Shown here: positions 62,246 to 64,000 of the stretch, in pieces
Layout of the letters: each line of letters starts with the position of its first letter
Numbering within the stretch: position 1 is the first letter of the stretch
Assembly: GCA_029260795.1 (NCBI GenBank)
Contig: JAJDCO010000092.1
Coordinates: 877 to 64,876, forward strand
From: Planctomycetota bacterium
Lineage (GTDB): Bacteria; Planctomycetota; OFTM77
Length of the DNA: 64,000 nt
Direction: 5' to 3'
Notes under the pieces: generated by a model
What the model saw: only the letters and a program-made list of their open reading frames with translations
Told to the model about the DNA's origin: nothing
The model's database searches: none
Made by a program: the position numbers and the translations under genes

Positions 62246-64000
62246 ATGAAGCAACTCGCCCTCGTTCTCGTCTTGTGGCTTCCGGCCTGCGGCTTGATCC
62301 CGGACGGATCGTCGAGCGCGAGCAAGCCGGGGCCGATCACGAACATCGACTATCGTGTTTGGCTGCGCGACGTCGGAGCGCGTGAGATCGAGGTCGAGCT
62401 TCGGTTCAAGGCGCCGGGTCACCAGCAAGTCACGCTGGGGCTTCCGGCTTGGACTCTCGTCCCCGAGATCCGCGATCTGCGCCGATTCGTCACGAGCCTG
62501 ACGGCCCGCGACGGGGTGGGCCGCAGCCTCGAGGTGCAGTTTCGATCCAAGGACCTTTGGCAGATCACGCTCCAAGGAAACGAAGACGTTCAGATCCGCT
62601 ACCGCGTCAAGGCGACCGATCGGGCACCGACCGGAAACCAGGTGACCGACGACTTCGCCTACCTGGTCGGCGGTGCGACCTTCGTGTACATCCTCGAAGC
62701 GTTCGACGTCCCCGTGACTGTGGCCATCGAGCCGCATGCCGAGTGGCAGATCGTGACGACGCTGGAGTCGACGCCCGAGGCGGGGATCTTCCGGGCCGAT
62801 CGCTACGAGGTCCTGCTGGAGCACCCGATCGCACTGGGACAGTTCCGCTACCTCGACTTCGAGATCTCACGCGAGGTCGGAGGCGTGAGCCGCACGATTC
62901 GAATGCAGCTGGCCGTCGACACTCACGACGAGCGATACGCTTCCAATCTCGCCGCGCTTCGCGACCAACTCCGCGAGATGACTTGGGGTCATCTTCAGCT
63001 CATGCGCGACTTCCCCTTCCTCGCCAGCGAGAAGTACACCTTCCTCATCTTGCTCGATGAGAGCGCCGTGGTTGATGGCTTTGGCTTTCCGCGGATGACC
63101 GTCTTGACCGGTGCTCCCTCCAACCTCGGGACCCATGATCAGGCCCTGCTTCGGGTCGCGTCCCGGGAGTTCGGCCACGTCTGGTTCGGCGGTCGCGTGC
63201 CTAAGGGCGAGGCGAGCCCGGACGTGCTCGGGCGCGAGTTCTACGGGATGGTGTATTGGGTGCTCTATGGCTGGAGCGCCTACTACGGTGATCTGGTCTT
63301 GCTCCGCGCCGGGCTGCTCGACGAGGAGACGTTCCTGACCGGCCTCACCGACGACATCACCGCGCTGCGCGCCTGTCAGTCCCGAACCAGTCTCAGCCCC
63401 GCCGCATCGAGCTACTTGATCTGGTTCTATCGTTACGGCGATTGGGCGGAAGAGCAGCAAGGTGTCCACCCGCGACGGGTCGGCCGCCTCTTGGCCCTCG
63501 CCCTCGATCTGTTTCTTCGCGAGACCACACTCAACAACAAGAACCTCGACACGGTCGTGCGCGAGCTCAAGGAGCTCTTCGGCAACGCGCGTCGGACGCT
63601 GACGATCATGGACGTGATCGACGCACTCACGCGAAACCTCGGTCAGGCGGTGCTTCGCCGGTTCGGCAAGCACATCTATGGAACCGATGAGCCCGAGTGG
63701 GATGAGTACCTTCGCTGGGTCGGGATGCACTTGCAGTCCGAGGTCATCGAGGCCGGGGCCGACTCGGGCTTCGAGTTTCGAGAGGTGTTCCCGGGACGGT
63801 TCTTCATCGAGAGCGTCGCGAGCGAGGGCCCGGCTCGGAAATTCGGCCTGGCGGTGGGTGACGAGATCCTCTCCATCGACGGAGAGCCGGGGGAGCGTAC
63901 GGCCGAGCGCATGGCCGAGCTGGCGCCGGGTGAGAATCTCGAGCTGCAAGTCCGTCATGCCGACGGGCGGGTCGAGGAGTACACGGTCGACGTTCGGGCT
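62246..64000 (+). CDS. M61 glycyl-aminopeptidase-like lipoprotein with C-terminal PDZ domain, 3' partial. Zinc motif degenerate (REFGH instead of HEFFH)
   Basis: Lipoprotein signal MKQLALVLVLWLPAC. LLRVASREFGHVWFGGRVPKG aligns to the M61 motif LLAHEFFHSWNGKRIRP. C-terminal PDZ FGLAVGDEILSIDGEPG. No in-frame stop before the window end, so it is absent from the ORF track. Confidence 0.45.
   Translation, partial: MKQLALVLVLWLPACGLIPDGSSSASKPGPITNIDYRVWLRDVGAREIEVELRFKAPGHQQVTLGLPAWTLVPEIRDLRRFVTSLTARDGVGRSLEVQFRSKDLWQITLQGNEDVQIRYRVKATDRAPTGNQVTDDFAYLVGGATFVYILEAFDVPVTVAIEPHAEWQIVTTLESTPEAGIFRADRYEVLLEHPIALGQFRYLDFEISREVGGVSRTIRMQLAVDTHDERYASNLAALRDQLREMTWGHLQLMRDFPFLASEKYTFLILLDESAVVDGFGFPRMTVLTGAPSNLGTHDQALLRVASREFGHVWFGGRVPKGEASPDVLGREFYGMVYWVLYGWSAYYGDLVLLRAGLLDEETFLTGLTDDITALRACQSRTSLSPAASSYLIWFYRYGDWAEEQQGVHPRRVGRLLALALDLFLRETTLNNKNLDTVVRELKELFGNARRTLTIMDVIDALTRNLGQAVLRRFGKHIYGTDEPEWDEYLRWVGMHLQSEVIEAGADSGFEFREVFPGRFFIESVASEGPARKFGLAVGDEILSIDGEPGERTAERMAELAPGENLELQVRHADGRVEEYTVDVRA

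Overview
This is a very GC-rich window (roughly two-thirds or more G+C by eye) in which almost every frame is open, so most six-frame ORFs are antisense or GC artefacts. I support 41 protein-coding genes, 2 tRNAs, 1 TPP riboswitch, 3 terminator-like hairpins and 3 repeat loci. Gene content points to a Planctomycetota-like genome: a DUF1501 / PSCyt2-PSD1 (DUF1549/DUF1553) / PSCyt1 cluster, GspG-like pseudopilin, many large secreted repeat proteins, and three CRTAC1/ASPIC-UnbV FG-GAP paralogs. That taxonomic call is inference from gene families, not a search. Housekeeping anchors are thiC with an upstream TPP riboswitch, gltX, typA, tRNA-Glu(CUC), tRNA-Gln(CUG), cutC, an OYE flavoenzyme and a MacAB-like efflux operon. 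I found no CRISPR array, cas genes, transposase, integrase or phage signatures. The candidates I would prioritise as possibly undescribed are: (i) a translationally coupled four-gene cluster DUF1501 - 963-aa PPC/jelly-roll protein - BIG2/PSCyt2/PSD1 - PSCyt1/coiled-coil/WD40, an atypical split of the planctomycete PSCyt/PSD1 architecture; (ii) a minus-strand operon of a GcvT-family aminomethyltransferase plus two tandem CrtI-like FAD oxidoreductases with overlapping stop/start; (iii) a family of about 26-28-bp GC-rich repeats clustered in one 540-bp intergenic region with a solitary copy 21 kb away; (iv) a region-4-only sigma-like ORF divergent from a membrane protein carrying many CarboxypepD_reg-like repeats; (v) several odd fusions or degenerate enzymes (BlaR1-M56 + DUF4097, CRTAC1 + parvulin-like, M61 with R-E-F-G-H in place of HExxH, sulfatase-fold with T-x-P-S-H, TM-anchored BRCT). 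All domain calls come from motif recognition by eye and need HMM confirmation.
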